DNA of 64,000 bases from an uncultured Methanomicrobiales archaeon (lineage in GTDB: Archaea > Halobacteriota > Methanomicrobia > Methanomicrobiales > Methanospirillaceae). Location of the stretch: NCBI GenBank assembly GCA_963697895.1, contig OY969100.1:320001-384000 (forward strand). The letters run 5' to 3'. The position numbers were made by a program, and so were the translations under genes. The notes below the pieces were generated by a model. That model was given only the letters and a program-made list of their open reading frames with translations. It was not told the origin of the DNA and ran no database searches. Shown here one piece after another: positions 21,122-31,863 of this stretch. Position 1 is the stretch's first letter, and each line of letters opens with the position of its first letter.

Positions 21122-21606
21122 AGATTGCACCCCCGCGAAAAATATTCGCTATCGAATACTGTTTCAGGAGTATACTTTAAGGTTTTTTATTGCTTTTTTA
21201 GAAAAGTTCACCAATATTCATTGAGTTTTCCGAAGGGTTACCTGGAATTCATTTATATGTTGCTTAGTTCAGGTATATCGTCACACAAGTAAAAACCGGG
21301 GTAAAAACCCGGTGGATTTTTTTTTGCATAGGAATTATGGTATCAATCTGGAAAATTCCTGCGTGCGCGACCTTTTCAGTGTCGGTGTCTCATTCATCGT
21401 ATTTGCCGATAAAATCCGAAAACCCGGTGATACCTTGTGAAATGTCATAAGCTCTTATTTTCTGCCATAATACGGCTTTTCAAATCAGGTTACCGTACAG
21501 CCGAGAAGAAGGCGGGCTGCCTGCAATCTTTGAAGAGAAATAAAAGAGTGAAGGGACGCCTGCCGCACTATGTTCCCGTATCGGCGGCAGGGATGAATTC
21601 TCCTGC

Positions 21607-21975
21607 TCAGTCTTCCAGACCCCGGGCAAGTCTGATCGCATGTTCCACGGACCGATTGGATTCCTGGATTTTTCCGATCCGTTTCTGGCACATTCCCTTG
21701 TTGAACCACGATTCCGCGTTGTACGGGTCGATCCGGATCGCCTGATCAAAGCATTCGATTGCACGGGTATATTCACCGAGTTCATCGAGACAACATCCTT
21801 TGTTGTGCCACGTGGTGGCGGACGACGGATCGATCCCGAGCGCCTGTTCATAGATTACACGAGCCGATTCCGGCTTACCGGCAAATGTCAGTTCATTCGC
21901 CTGCCTGTTCAGATACGCTACTTCCGGAACGATCCTGATGGACGTTCCCGCTCCATAATTTGCTGTGTCCGACAT
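21607..21975 (-). CDS. Small TPR protein, copy 1 (122 aa)
   Basis: WHNKGCCLDELG..AIECFDQAI.IDPYNAESWFNKG; start MSDTANY after GGGGGAG. Confidence 0.85.
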   Translation of the reverse strand: MSDTANYGAGTSIRIVPEVAYLNRQANELTFAGKPESARVIYEQALGIDPSSATTWHNKGCCLDELGEYTRAIECFDQAIRIDPYNAESWFNKGMCQKRIGKIQESNRSVEHAIRLARGLED

Positions 21976-22029
21976 GTTTCGTTTCTCCCCCTCTGGGTTG
22001 TTGGTGCCATGGACTTCATGACCCCCGTC

Positions 22030-22160
22030 CATGGCCACAGAGAGAATAATAATTATTATAAAATAAAAATTTGCAAGCCACGAATGCACCACATAAGGGA
22101 TTTGCATCCGTGCTTCGTAACACTGCCGGACCCCTTTGCCGGGCTTCGCTGGCTGGCAGA
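22030..22160 (-). promoter_or_regulatory. TPR copy 1 promoter with upstream palindromes
   Basis: AT-rich TATA block; TGCAA-N7-ATGCA at 22072-22088; TGCC-N14-GGCA at 22137-22158; aligns with 22798-22930. Confidence 0.65.
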
Positions 22161-22369
22161 GAGAGCTCACAATACGGGTAACGAAATGTTCCATCAGCAG
22201 GTATCCGGAGGATTATTATCAGGAATGGTTTATGTAAATCGCATGTCAGATAGCATCTTATTATTGAAAAACCCTGAATTCCGAAAATTTACTCCAAACT
22301 TCGAAATCTGTAATAAAAAGGAAAAACAGATGCGTATCAGAGCCCCCCCCGGCGGCCCGTTACACGATT

Positions 22370-22744
22370 TCATCTGATGTGCTCGTCCAATCCCATCGCC
22401 AGCTTGACTGCGTGATCGATGCAGGTATCGGCCTCCTGAACCTTTCCGATCTTTTTCAGACAGATTCCCTTGTTAAACCAGGACTCGGCATTGTACGGGT
22501 CTATGGCAAGTGCCTTATCGTAACATCTGATCGCATCTCCCTGCATGCCAAGTTCATCGAAACATGTCCCCTTGTTGTGCCAGGCAGTGGCATGGGTAGG
22601 GTCCAGTTCTGTGGCTCTGTTGAATAATTCCAATGCTTCATCCGGTTTTCCTGCATAAACCAATTCATTGGCCTCGCGGTTCAGATACTCGGATTCATGG
22701 ATTATCCGACCTTCTGTTTTCGGTGCTCTGGTTACTTCCGACAT
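22370..22744 (-). CDS. Small TPR protein, copy 2 (124 aa)
   Basis: YLNREANEL..AGKP, WHNKG, IDPYNAESWFNKG; clear paralogue of 21607..21975. Confidence 0.85.
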   Translation of the reverse strand: MSEVTRAPKTEGRIIHESEYLNREANELVYAGKPDEALELFNRATELDPTHATAWHNKGTCFDELGMQGDAIRCYDKALAIDPYNAESWFNKGICLKKIGKVQEADTCIDHAVKLAMGLDEHIR

Positions 22745-22797
22745 GATTCCCCCATTTCCCCCTGTATCAGGTGATGTCCCCATGGGCCTCTCCCGGC

Positions 22798-22930
22798 CCA
22801 TGGCTGAAAAGAGAATAATAATTAATCTTAAATAATAATTTGCAAGTCTTTATTGCATAATATATCGGTTGAGCAGCCTTGCTTTGCAGTATTGCACTGG
22901 TTCTCTGCCTTGCATCATTGATGGGCAGAA
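22798..22930 (-). promoter_or_regulatory. TPR copy 2 promoter with upstream palindromes
   Basis: TGCAA-N7-TTGCA at 22841-22857; TCTGCC-N14-GGCAGA at 22904-22929. Confidence 0.65.
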
Positions 22931-23379
22931 GAAAAAAGAATTATCATGAGACGATCTTCTGATGAACCCATACTAAAAAAATCAGGGTTGGTATTCGGTC
23001 AATTCTCATTGTACTGGGTAGGTTACCCGGCGTCTCTACCTATCGCTCCGGAGTCTTAGACCCCGGGAAAAGAGATATCCCCGTGAATTCCAGAGAGCGG
23101 TAATCTGTGAGGCGAATACAGATCTTCCGGACTCATCCCCTTTCCCAAGAAATCTGAGTAGTGTTTCTTTTCACGACAATGTTGTTTCCCCGAATTTCCT
23201 GGCCAATTTAAACTCTTTTTAAGATGGAAGAGTGGCCAGGGTGCTTCCTCTTACCCATCAGAGGGCAAAGATCCATTTTCCGATGGATATCATAAAAAAA
23301 TTTGCCCGTCACTTCTGCCATGCAGATGCCTGATTCGGGAATGTTTAAATAAATCTCATGAAAAAGGGATGATATAATA

Positions 23380-26300
23380 ATGGAACTGGATCAGGATAAA
23401 TTACGGAAGATCAGGAGTCTCCTTAAATTAAACCAGAAGGGGCTTAGTATTACCGAAATATCCTCGCGGCTTAAATTAAACAGGAATTCGGTCGCTAAGT
23501 ATCTTGAACTGCTCTCCATATCAGGTCAGGTGGAGATGCATTCATACGGCTCCGCAAAGGTTTTTTATCTCTCGCAAAGGATTCCGTTATCAGCAATCCT
23601 TAATTTCTCATCAGATCTGGTCCTGATCCTGGATAACGATTGGAAGATCATTCAGATCAATGATCAATTCCTCCAGTTTTTCGAAGAAAAAAGGGAAAAT
23701 ATCATCGGAAAGGTGATCCAGGAGGTACCGGTTGATTTTGTCAGGAATCTCCCTGTGCAGGAGGTGATGAGCCAGGATAAGACCGAAGGAGAGACGATAA
23801 CCGAGAAAGAGACGGTCATCCGGGGTGAGCCCCATTATTTCAGGATAAAATTTATTCCGTCCATCTTTGATGATGGCAGCGAAGGGCTCACGATCATTTT
23901 GGAGGATATCTCCAAAGATAAATGGCACGAACGCGAGCTTCAGATAAACGAGGCGAGATACCGGGCTATCGTGGAAGACCAGACCGAGTTGATCACGCGG
24001 TTCAGGGGAGACGGCACGCTGACATTCGTAAATGAATCATGCTGCCGCTATTTCAACCGAGAACGCGGGGAACTCGTGGGATTTAATATGTTCTCCCTTA
24101 TCCCGGAAAAAGACAGGGAATTCGTGAAGGACCAGTTCACTTCTATCACCTGTGAACATCCTGTTATTACCCTCGAACACCGGGTCATGCACCCTGAACT
24201 GGGTATCCGGTGGCAGCAATGGACCAACCGGGGCATCTGCGACGATGATGGGCAGATCATCGAGTACCAGGGAACCGGCAGGGATGTCAGCGACAGGCGC
24301 GCGGCGGAAGAGAAAGCCTCACGATATTCAGCGGAGATGAAATTCCTTTCGGAGACGGCGATGTCTTTCGTCCGGGTCGCAGACGAGACAGATATCTACC
24401 GGATCATCGGGGAAAATCTGAGACCGATCACTCCTCCGGATGCAATTATAATGCTCGAATCCTATGAGCGATCGAACAACACGGTGACTATCCGTGCTGT
24501 CCTGGACGAGAATGTCCGTGAAGAACTCATTTCCGTGCTCAAACGGGATCCGGTCGGATTGGTCTTCCCCAACGAAGAATCCCTGGGGCTGGGACTCCGG
24601 GCCGGTTCGTTCATTCATCTGACCGGAGGGCTCTCCGGGGATATCCGTCGGGTTTTGTCTGCTCAGATCCCGGAACAGACTCTGTGATGCCCTGGCCGAA
24701 AAACTCAAAATCGGAGACATATTTATATTCGGCCTTATATCTGACCACGGAGATTTCTTCGGGCATGCGATAATAATATGCAGGACAGGAAAGCCGGTGG
24801 AGAACACGGGTATCATATCAGCCTATCTGAACCAGGCGTCTATCGCAGTACAGCGGGATTTTATGGAGGTAAAGCTTCGGAAGAGCGAGGAACAATTCAG
24901 GAATGTCGCAGAACTGTCTCCTTTCCCGGTATCCATCATAGACGCCAGTGATCGGTATGTGTATCTCAACGGGAGTTTCTTGCGGACCTTTGGTTACTCT
25001 GTCGAGGATATCCCGAACGGTGAAGCATGGTTCTCCCTCGCCTTTCCGGATCCGGAACTCAGGAGGAAGGCCAAAATCACCTGGAAGACGGATCTAGCCC
25101 GTGCTCTCCCGGGGGAAGTAAGACCACGGATATTTCCGGTAGTTACGAAAACCGGGGACTCCCGGGAGGTCCTGTTCCGGCCGGTGAAAATGTCGGATGG
25201 AAGACATTTCATCCTGTATGAAGATATCACCGAACGCCAGAAGTCAGAAAAAACCCGGAATCTTCTCGCTGCGATCGTTCAGTATTCGGATGATGCGATC
25301 ATCAGCAAGGCAACAAACGGCACAATAATGAGCTGGAATCCTGGCGCCGAGCGGTTGTTCGGATACGATGCGGAAGAGGTTGTCGGACAGTCCATCATGA
25401 TCATTATTCCACAAAACCTCCACGAGGGAGAGCGGGATATACTGGACCGCGTGCGGAGAGGGGAGCATATCGCAGATTTCGAAACCCTCCGGGTCCGGAA
25501 AGACGGGAAAGTCCTCAACGTATCTGAAAGCATATCCCCGATCTGCGATGAGAATTATGCTGTTGTGGGGGCTTCTTCGATCGTCCGGGATATTACCGAA
25601 CTGAAAGCCGAGGAGAAACTGAAGGAAACCGAGGAACGGTACCGATCTCTCGTGGAAAATATCAATGTCGGTGTATATCGAAGCACCGGTGACCCGGAAG
25701 GACGATTCGTCTGGGGAAATTCGTCCCTTGTTGAGATTCTCGGATGTGCATCCCTCGAAGTGCTGCAACAGGTCCCGGTGTCGGAGTTGTTCGTTATACC
25801 GGATGGGAGGAAAGAACTGCTGGACAAGTTAGAAAAACAGGGCTTTGTGAAAAACCAGGAGATCCATCTGAGACGATGTGACGGAACCCCTATCTGGGTA
25901 CACGTCACCGCAACCGCACGGTTTTCCGAGACGGGGGAAATCGAGGTGATCACCGGTATCGTCGAAGATATCACCGAATGGAGGAAGATTAAGCAGGATC
26001 TGCAGGTGGCGCAAAAAGCGATTCAACATCTGGTGGAATGTAACCCTGACCCCTCCTGTGCGGTTGGGGGGGACCGGAAAGTGATCGCCTGGAACAGAGC
26101 GATGGAAAAAGCGACCGGATTAACAAAAGCCGAAATAATCGGAAGATCGGGACTTGCGGAAGTAATGCCACAACTCGGGATAAAGCGGTCCCTGCTGGAC
26201 GAACTCCTGGACCTTCCCCCGGAGGTATTGAAGGAACAATATCCTGATTGTTCTTCAATTCGGAGAATAACACCGGCAGAACCGACAGAGCTGAGGGCTT

Positions 26301-26413
26301 TCGGGAACAATGAGGAACTCGAGGAGAAGATCTGCCTGTTTTATGGCCCGGACGGGAAATGCCATGGTGGGGTTGTCACCATCACTGCTCCTCCGAAGCG
26401 GGAATCTTCCTGA
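23380..26413 (+). CDS. One-component sensor: N-terminal HTH, several PAS/PAC domains and a GAF-like region, no kinase; +1 frameshift at about 24679
   Basis: GLSITEISSRLKLNRNSVAKYL HTH; PAS/PAC ends EDIS, RDVSDR, EDITER, RDITE, EDITE; ORFs 23380..24687 and 24797..26413 join as QIPEQLCDAL. Confidence 0.85.
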
Positions 26414-26571
26414 GCGCGATCAGATATCGCCTGATTACTTCAAGAGACGATCTTGACATAATTTTCGTATTAATATTAGGAAAAAAACATATTAAGAGAT
26501 CATCGGGTTGTTTACTCCCATCTCTTATTACCTGATTAACTCTTCATACGGCCCCTTTCCCGGGATCGGGT

Positions 26572-26913
26572 TCACCCGGAGCACTCAAAGCCACAGGATT
26601 CCTGATCGAAGGCATGCGTCTCGATAACCCGTTCGAGAGATTTGAGAACAAAGGCATCGAATGAATCTACTCCTTCCCAGGTCTCGACCCGGTACGTATC
26701 TCCTTTTCCCGGATGGCGGAATGCAATCACCCCTCCCCCAGAATCCAGTGTCGAGATGTACTTTGTCGCGAGGACAGCGAACCGGTTCGTATTTTTCACC
26801 TTTTCTTTCAACCATATGGTCACGGTCCAGTACGGCGCGCCCTCATCCGTTTCCACCTTCGCGTCGTTCGCAATTTCGAACGCCTTAATCTGATCTTTTG
26901 TAGTTTGTTTCAT
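26572..26913 (-). CDS. Hypothetical protein (113 aa)
   Basis: Free-standing ORF with GAGGA RBS and protein-like composition; no family recognised. Confidence 0.65.
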   Translation of the reverse strand: MKQTTKDQIKAFEIANDAKVETDEGAPYWTVTIWLKEKVKNTNRFAVLATKYISTLDSGGGVIAFRHPGKGDTYRVETWEGVDSFDAFVLKSLERVIETHAFDQESCGFECSG

Positions 26914-27057
26914 CGCCGTTCCTCAATGGCATTGCCTCATATAGCCGACATCTTCTTAAATCTGTTGGTCACATCGCCGGTACCGTTCATTCCTGTCAGG
27001 AAATCAAACCCGGTATTCATGATATCCCTTTTAAAACTCCCGGGCGTACACCTCATC

Positions 27058-28411
27058 ATGGATGCAGAGGAGTACGTCCGCCGTCGGATCTGTTCCGGGG
27101 CCGGAGATGATGAGATCTGCCGGGGACTTCGTGACCATATCATCCGGATCAAGGGATCGGCACCCGCAGAAGCGGAAGCATTTTCCCGTGCAGTAATTGA
27201 AGAGGTCAGACACACGCTGGGACTGACCGGGGATCTCTTTCGTTTCTATCCTGCAGGAGTAAGAATGGGGGAATTTGGGGTAGGTTCGCGGGGTACGGGA
27301 GATTTTTTCACACACCGCCAGATTGCCCGTGTCATCGGAAAGACATCAGCGTTCGTCGGCGTCGATGAAATGGACGATGCAGGCGCCATCCGGTATCCTT
27401 CCCCCCGTGGCTCTTCTGCTTCAGAACAACCCTTCATCATCTGTACCGTGGACGGAATGCACAGCCGGTTGTCTGATTTTCCCTTTCTTGCGGGTTTTCA
27501 TGTTACCCGGGCGACACTGAGGGATGTATACGTGATGGGCGCCCATCCGGTCATGCTCTTTTCCGATATCCATGTGGCCGACGACGGAGATATAGCCAAG
27601 ATCTTTGATTACACAGCCGGGATCACTGCAGTCGGCGAAGTGATGGGGGTTCCACTGGTGACGGGATCCACGCTACGGATCGGGGGAGATATGGTGCTCG
27701 GAAGCAGAATGACCGGGTGTGTGGGTGCCGTCGGTATTGCATCTCACCTGACTGCACGAAAGGACGCCCGGCCCGGTGACCGGATCCTCATGACCGAAGG
27801 AGCGGGGGGAGGGACCATCGCGACAGACTGCCATCTACTCCGGATATCCTGAAGTTGTCGATCATACCATTAACATCGACTTCCTCCGGGCATGCGAGGC
27901 GCTGCTCAGGAGTGACGTAATTGCGGGCATCCACGCAATGACGGATGTTACGAACGGCGGGCTGCGGGGTGATGTGTATGAGATCGCCGAGACTGCACAG
28001 TGCCGGATCGTCGTCGAGGAGGAACAGGTGGCCGGACTCGTCCAGCCGGATGTTCTCCGCATGCTCGAGGCGCTCCGGATCGATTATCTCGGCGTCTCGC
28101 TCGACGCCCTCCTGATCATCGCTCCCCCGGATAATATCGACGGGATCATGCGGGTAGTCCGCTCAACGGGGGTCGCTATCCGCGAGATTGGCCGGGTCGA
28201 AGTTGGAAGACCGGTTGCGGTCCTCGAGTCCGGAGGGAAAAAGCACGATTTCTCTCCGCGGTTTCGGGAATCGGCTTACACGCCGGTAAAAAAAGTTGTG
28301 GACCGTTATACGCGGGAATTTGATGAAATGAGCCGGGGAGTCGAACAGGCAGCGACTGCGGCTATAGAAAAGAAGGAACGGATTAAAAACCGTCTGATGG
28401 CTGAGAGATAA
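27058..28411 (+). CDS. AIR synthase-related (PurM/HypE/SelD-fold) archaeal protein; +1 frameshift at about 27827
   Basis: GVGSRGTGDF, DDAG, VDGMHSRLS.FPFLAGFHV, GSTLRIGGD, AMTDVTNGGLRGD; repaired GGGTIATAAIYSG. Confidence 0.85.
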
Positions 28412-28423
28412 CAGATACTCAGA

Positions 28424-29149
28424 TCATTCCGCCTTCGTCCCGCTTGCGCAGATATTGTATGCAAGATAGGGCAGGCGCTTCTCGACGAAGGGTTCCACTT
28501 TTTTCGCCAGATCGTAGAGTGGATCTGCCAGATTAATATGGGCAAATGAGCATCTTTTCACGGTAATATTCTCAAAACCGGCCGATGAGAAGAGTTCTTC
28601 CATCTCCCGTTCTGAATAGTAATGCTCTCCAAATGCACCCATTCCGACGTGCCGGATCCTCATTGCCTCCCCGATGGAATAGATGGCGGGAAGACCACGA
28701 GTAAGGAGATTTTTTCCGAGGGTACACACGGAAACGGTTCCTCCCGGCCGAAGCACCCGCTGGACCTCATCGAGCATCATTTCAGGTTTCTTCAGATAAC
28801 TGAACGCAAGCAGACTGGAAACGGCGTCGAACGAGTTCTTTCTGAATGGCAGGAATTCGGCATTTCCAAGGGTGAACTGGCTCGTGCGGCACCGTACCTG
28901 TGCCTTTTCGATCATTCCCCGGCTGATGTCGAGTCCGACCACGACCCCTCCCGAAGCGACATATCTCCGGACAAACAGTCCGGTACCGCATCCCAGATCC
29001 AGAAGGCGTACCCCTTTGGGGATTCTCTCCATGACCGAGCGGCTGATATGGTTATAGTAACTGATACCGCGTTTCCGGTCGTACCGGTTGTCATAGACCT
29101 CGGCCATCTCGTCGTAATGCCGCTGAACCTTGGACTGCACAAGCGTCAT
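28424..29149 (-). CDS. Class I SAM-dependent methyltransferase
   Basis: LLDLGCGTG, GLDIS, LPF..NSFDAV, RVLRPGG. Confidence 0.9.
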   Translation of the reverse strand: MTLVQSKVQRHYDEMAEVYDNRYDRKRGISYYNHISRSVMERIPKGVRLLDLGCGTGLFVRRYVASGGVVVGLDISRGMIEKAQVRCRTSQFTLGNAEFLPFRKNSFDAVSSLLAFSYLKKPEMMLDEVQRVLRPGGTVSVCTLGKNLLTRGLPAIYSIGEAMRIRHVGMGAFGEHYYSEREMEELFSSAGFENITVKRCSFAHINLADPLYDLAKKVEPFVEKRLPYLAYNICASGTKAE

Positions 29150-30144
29150 GAGAAGATCTCCTGAATTATACGGGCGGAAAGCATATTCAGCTGAATATAC
29201 TCATTGTTGCAATGGCCAATAATATAATCTGTTTCTCCGATGGCAGCTGCAATCCTCGGATCATTGTACTCCCTTCTGACAATCCCCCTCAGTTCCCGCA
29301 GAACTTCACGGGACGATAACCCGTATTCGATCATGAGAGACTCGAGACGGCGGTTCGCTGACTGCAGATCACCGGAACGCATTGCCATAAAGGCAGCAGC
29401 TGCCAACATACCGCTTTCACTCCGGGAAAAGAGCGTAAGATCGAACGGCTGGCCGGATTCCACTGCAACCTGAAGAAGCATTGTCGCCCTGCGGAGATCG
29501 CCCCTGGCGGCCTGTACAATAAGATCGACCTGATCGTCCGAACATACGGAGTCCCTGCGGGATTCCTCGTTAAGGATAGATTTCAGCCGGGCAAATACGA
29601 GATTTTCGGGGATAGGACCGCAAAAGAAAGGGAAACACCGTGAGCTGATTGCAGGTATGAGGCCCGTGGGGTGCGGCGTGCAATACACGAACCTGCAGGT
29701 TCTTGAGAACCGTTCCATGATCCGGCGTAATGCCTGCTGTGCTTCTCTCGATAATGCGGCGGCATCATCGATGACTATCAGCTTGAACTCCGTATCGAGA
29801 GGGCGCTGGGATGCATACCACTTGACGATGTACTTGAAATTAGAAAGAAGGCTCTGGTCTTTCTGGTACAAATGGGCGTATCGCTCGTCCTGCTGCAGAT
29901 ACTGCTTTCCAAGGGAGAAGAAATCGCCGGCCTGGAAGAGCGGAGCATTTTCACACCAGTTATCTGCATACAGGCTCCGGGACAGACATTCGACGCAGAT
30001 ACTTTTTCCCGTTCCCGGCGGACCGGTGAAGAGGAGATGGGGGACACTCCTTGTCCGGGCAAAGGACCGGAGCCGATCGACAACCGGATCCTGCCCGATA
30101 ATATCTTCAAATGTTCTGGGGCGGTACTTCTCAATCCAGAGCAT
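29146..30144 (-). CDS. Replication factor C small subunit, divergent second paralogue
   Basis: WIEKYRP, HLLFTGPPGTGKS, QQALRRIME, SRC, GDLRRA. Confidence 0.88.
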   Translation of the reverse strand: MLWIEKYRPRTFEDIIGQDPVVDRLRSFARTRSVPHLLFTGPPGTGKSICVECLSRSLYADNWCENAPLFQAGDFFSLGKQYLQQDERYAHLYQKDQSLLSNFKYIVKWYASQRPLDTEFKLIVIDDAAALSREAQQALRRIMERFSRTCRFVYCTPHPTGLIPAISSRCFPFFCGPIPENLVFARLKSILNEESRRDSVCSDDQVDLIVQAARGDLRRATMLLQVAVESGQPFDLTLFSRSESGMLAAAAFMAMRSGDLQSANRRLESLMIEYGLSSREVLRELRGIVRREYNDPRIAAAIGETDYIIGHCNNEYIQLNMLSARIIQEIFS

Positions 30145-30862
30145 GCTCCAGTCCCTCCCTGATCTCACGCTTTGCCTCCTGCAAGAGATAATGGTTATCC
30201 AGAGAACTGATCAGTTCTGCTGCCTCTTCCGGTTCGATCTCCCGGCAGCCACGGGTTATCTCCGGAAGCGCCCGGCAAACCTCGTCGACGATGGTAAGGG
30301 TGGCCGTCCGGGATGTTCGGGAGAGCGGATTGAGGTCGATCGCAATCACCTGTTTTCCCATCGCCCGGAGGGCTCCACACCGATCACCGTCCTCGAGGGG
30401 TACCAGAATGAGATCTGCCGAGCCGATGCCTCCGGGCAGGCACCACGCTCTCTCATGGGAAAGGGGAATCAGACGCTGGGGTGTTCCGTTAAGTACAGAG
30501 ACGTCGCAGGACTCCAGAAGATCGGTAATCCGGCGAATCCGCTCTTCTGTCCGGTGGAAGAGGTTGACCTCGACCAGCGCGCCGGATGCACGTTGCAGAC
30601 GGGCGATCTCCCGTGCTGCGAGCCCCGCCGTATTCCCGTTCACAGAGATCACCGGCCGTCTGGCGGAAATAAGCATCGCTGCAGCGATCCGTTCCGCAAT
30701 CGCTGCGCTTTCCGTTGTCTTTTCTCCTATCATATAATCAAATGCCTCTCCGCGTCCGTGTGCAACGAGCCCCTCAAAAGATAGAATTCCCTCGCGGGCA
30801 AGCAGAGAAAGCCGTTCACGCGTCACCAGGGAACGGTAACGAGGATGGTCCTCCGGTATCAT
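30131..30862 (-). CDS. Phosphopantothenate synthetase (PPS)
   Basis: IPEDHPRYRSL, AHGRGEAFDY, SVNGN, EVNLFHRT, VPLEDGDR, IDLNPLSRT. Confidence 0.95.
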   Translation of the reverse strand: MIPEDHPRYRSLVTRERLSLLAREGILSFEGLVAHGRGEAFDYMIGEKTTESAAIAERIAAAMLISARRPVISVNGNTAGLAAREIARLQRASGALVEVNLFHRTEERIRRITDLLESCDVSVLNGTPQRLIPLSHERAWCLPGGIGSADLILVPLEDGDRCGALRAMGKQVIAIDLNPLSRTSRTATLTIVDEVCRALPEITRGCREIEPEEAAELISSLDNHYLLQEAKREIREGLEHALD

Positions 30863-31722
30863 TTTTCCACCCCGCAGAGACGAAAGCCTTCTGAAGCGAC
30901 ATGAAGACGGTAGACTTCCCCGAATGGTGAGAGCACAGAGATTGCCTGTTTGCCGAGAGCAAAAACACCGTTACCGAGCATCGTCATGCTTGAGGGGATC
31001 TCACTCGCATCACAGGCAGCTAACATCTCCCGGACCGGAGGCATAATCAGGCCGCTTCTCTCCGCGAAGATCCGGGATTTTCTGAAGAGATCCTGGGGAT
31101 TTTCCGGGCAGCCACCGGGAAATGCCCGGTACACCGATTCCATAATCCCCGGGGAACCAAGAATAGTCGGAGTAGAAAGCGGACTCCCTGTCACCACGGC
31201 GATCGTATCCGCGAGATCAAACCGCCTGATAATTCCTGCGCTGATACCGGGGCCGCAACGGCAGTCATATCCTCCACCCTGGCATGCAGCGACATCCCCG
31301 AGTCCGGTTTGATGAACGATCTCCGATTCGTGTGCAAGTGCGGTACATTCCTCAGGCGAAAGGCCGATGGAGAAAAGGGCATTCAATGCAGTGGCTGAAC
31401 CAAGGAGAGCGGCTGCACTCAACCCAAAACCGGCCCCGATAGGAAGGTGGCAGACTGTCCTGATCGATACCGTCACGTCCAGCATGCCGATCAGGTATTC
31501 TACCGGCGGTGATCCGGCAATCTTCTCGACCACTTCGTTCCCCTGACCATACCGGTATATCATTACATCGGTAACCGGAGCGGGAGATGCGTACACGGTC
31601 ACCCCTTCATCGATGACGATGCCTGCCCCGATGCTTCCACAGGTCTCCTCATCGTCTCCCATTACCGGGCGAAAATAACCCGATATATGACCCGGACAGA
31701 AAGCGACGGCAGTTTTGGACAT
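30859..31722 (-). CDS. Pantoate kinase (PoK, GHMP family)
   Basis: FCPGHISGYF, GSIGAG, LPIGAGFGLSAA, TGLGDV, MLGNGVF; adjacent to PPS and coaBC. Confidence 0.93.
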   Translation of the reverse strand: MSKTAVAFCPGHISGYFRPVMGDDEETCGSIGAGIVIDEGVTVYASPAPVTDVMIYRYGQGNEVVEKIAGSPPVEYLIGMLDVTVSIRTVCHLPIGAGFGLSAAALLGSATALNALFSIGLSPEECTALAHESEIVHQTGLGDVAACQGGGYDCRCGPGISAGIIRRFDLADTIAVVTGSPLSTPTILGSPGIMESVYRAFPGGCPENPQDLFRKSRIFAERSGLIMPPVREMLAACDASEIPSSMTMLGNGVFALGKQAISVLSPFGEVYRLHVASEGFRLCGVEK

Positions 31723-31863
31723 ATTCGGATCAACCCGCCGGAGGACGGTTCTTTTCACCCTTCAAAAAGGACGCGTATTAGCTTCGCCCTTTGATTATTA
31801 AAGCACTCGGGGAGCCGCGGGACCAATACGAACCCGTGCAGTGCCGGTTGTTCCACGAAAATT

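Noticed and set aside
21250-21282. ModE-like box upstream of fdhA
   Set aside because: Half-sites are poor and the spacing does not fit the consensus
31760-31863. GC-rich stretch containing a GGTTCG T-loop-like word on the minus strand
   Set aside because: No cloverleaf can be built; not a tRNA
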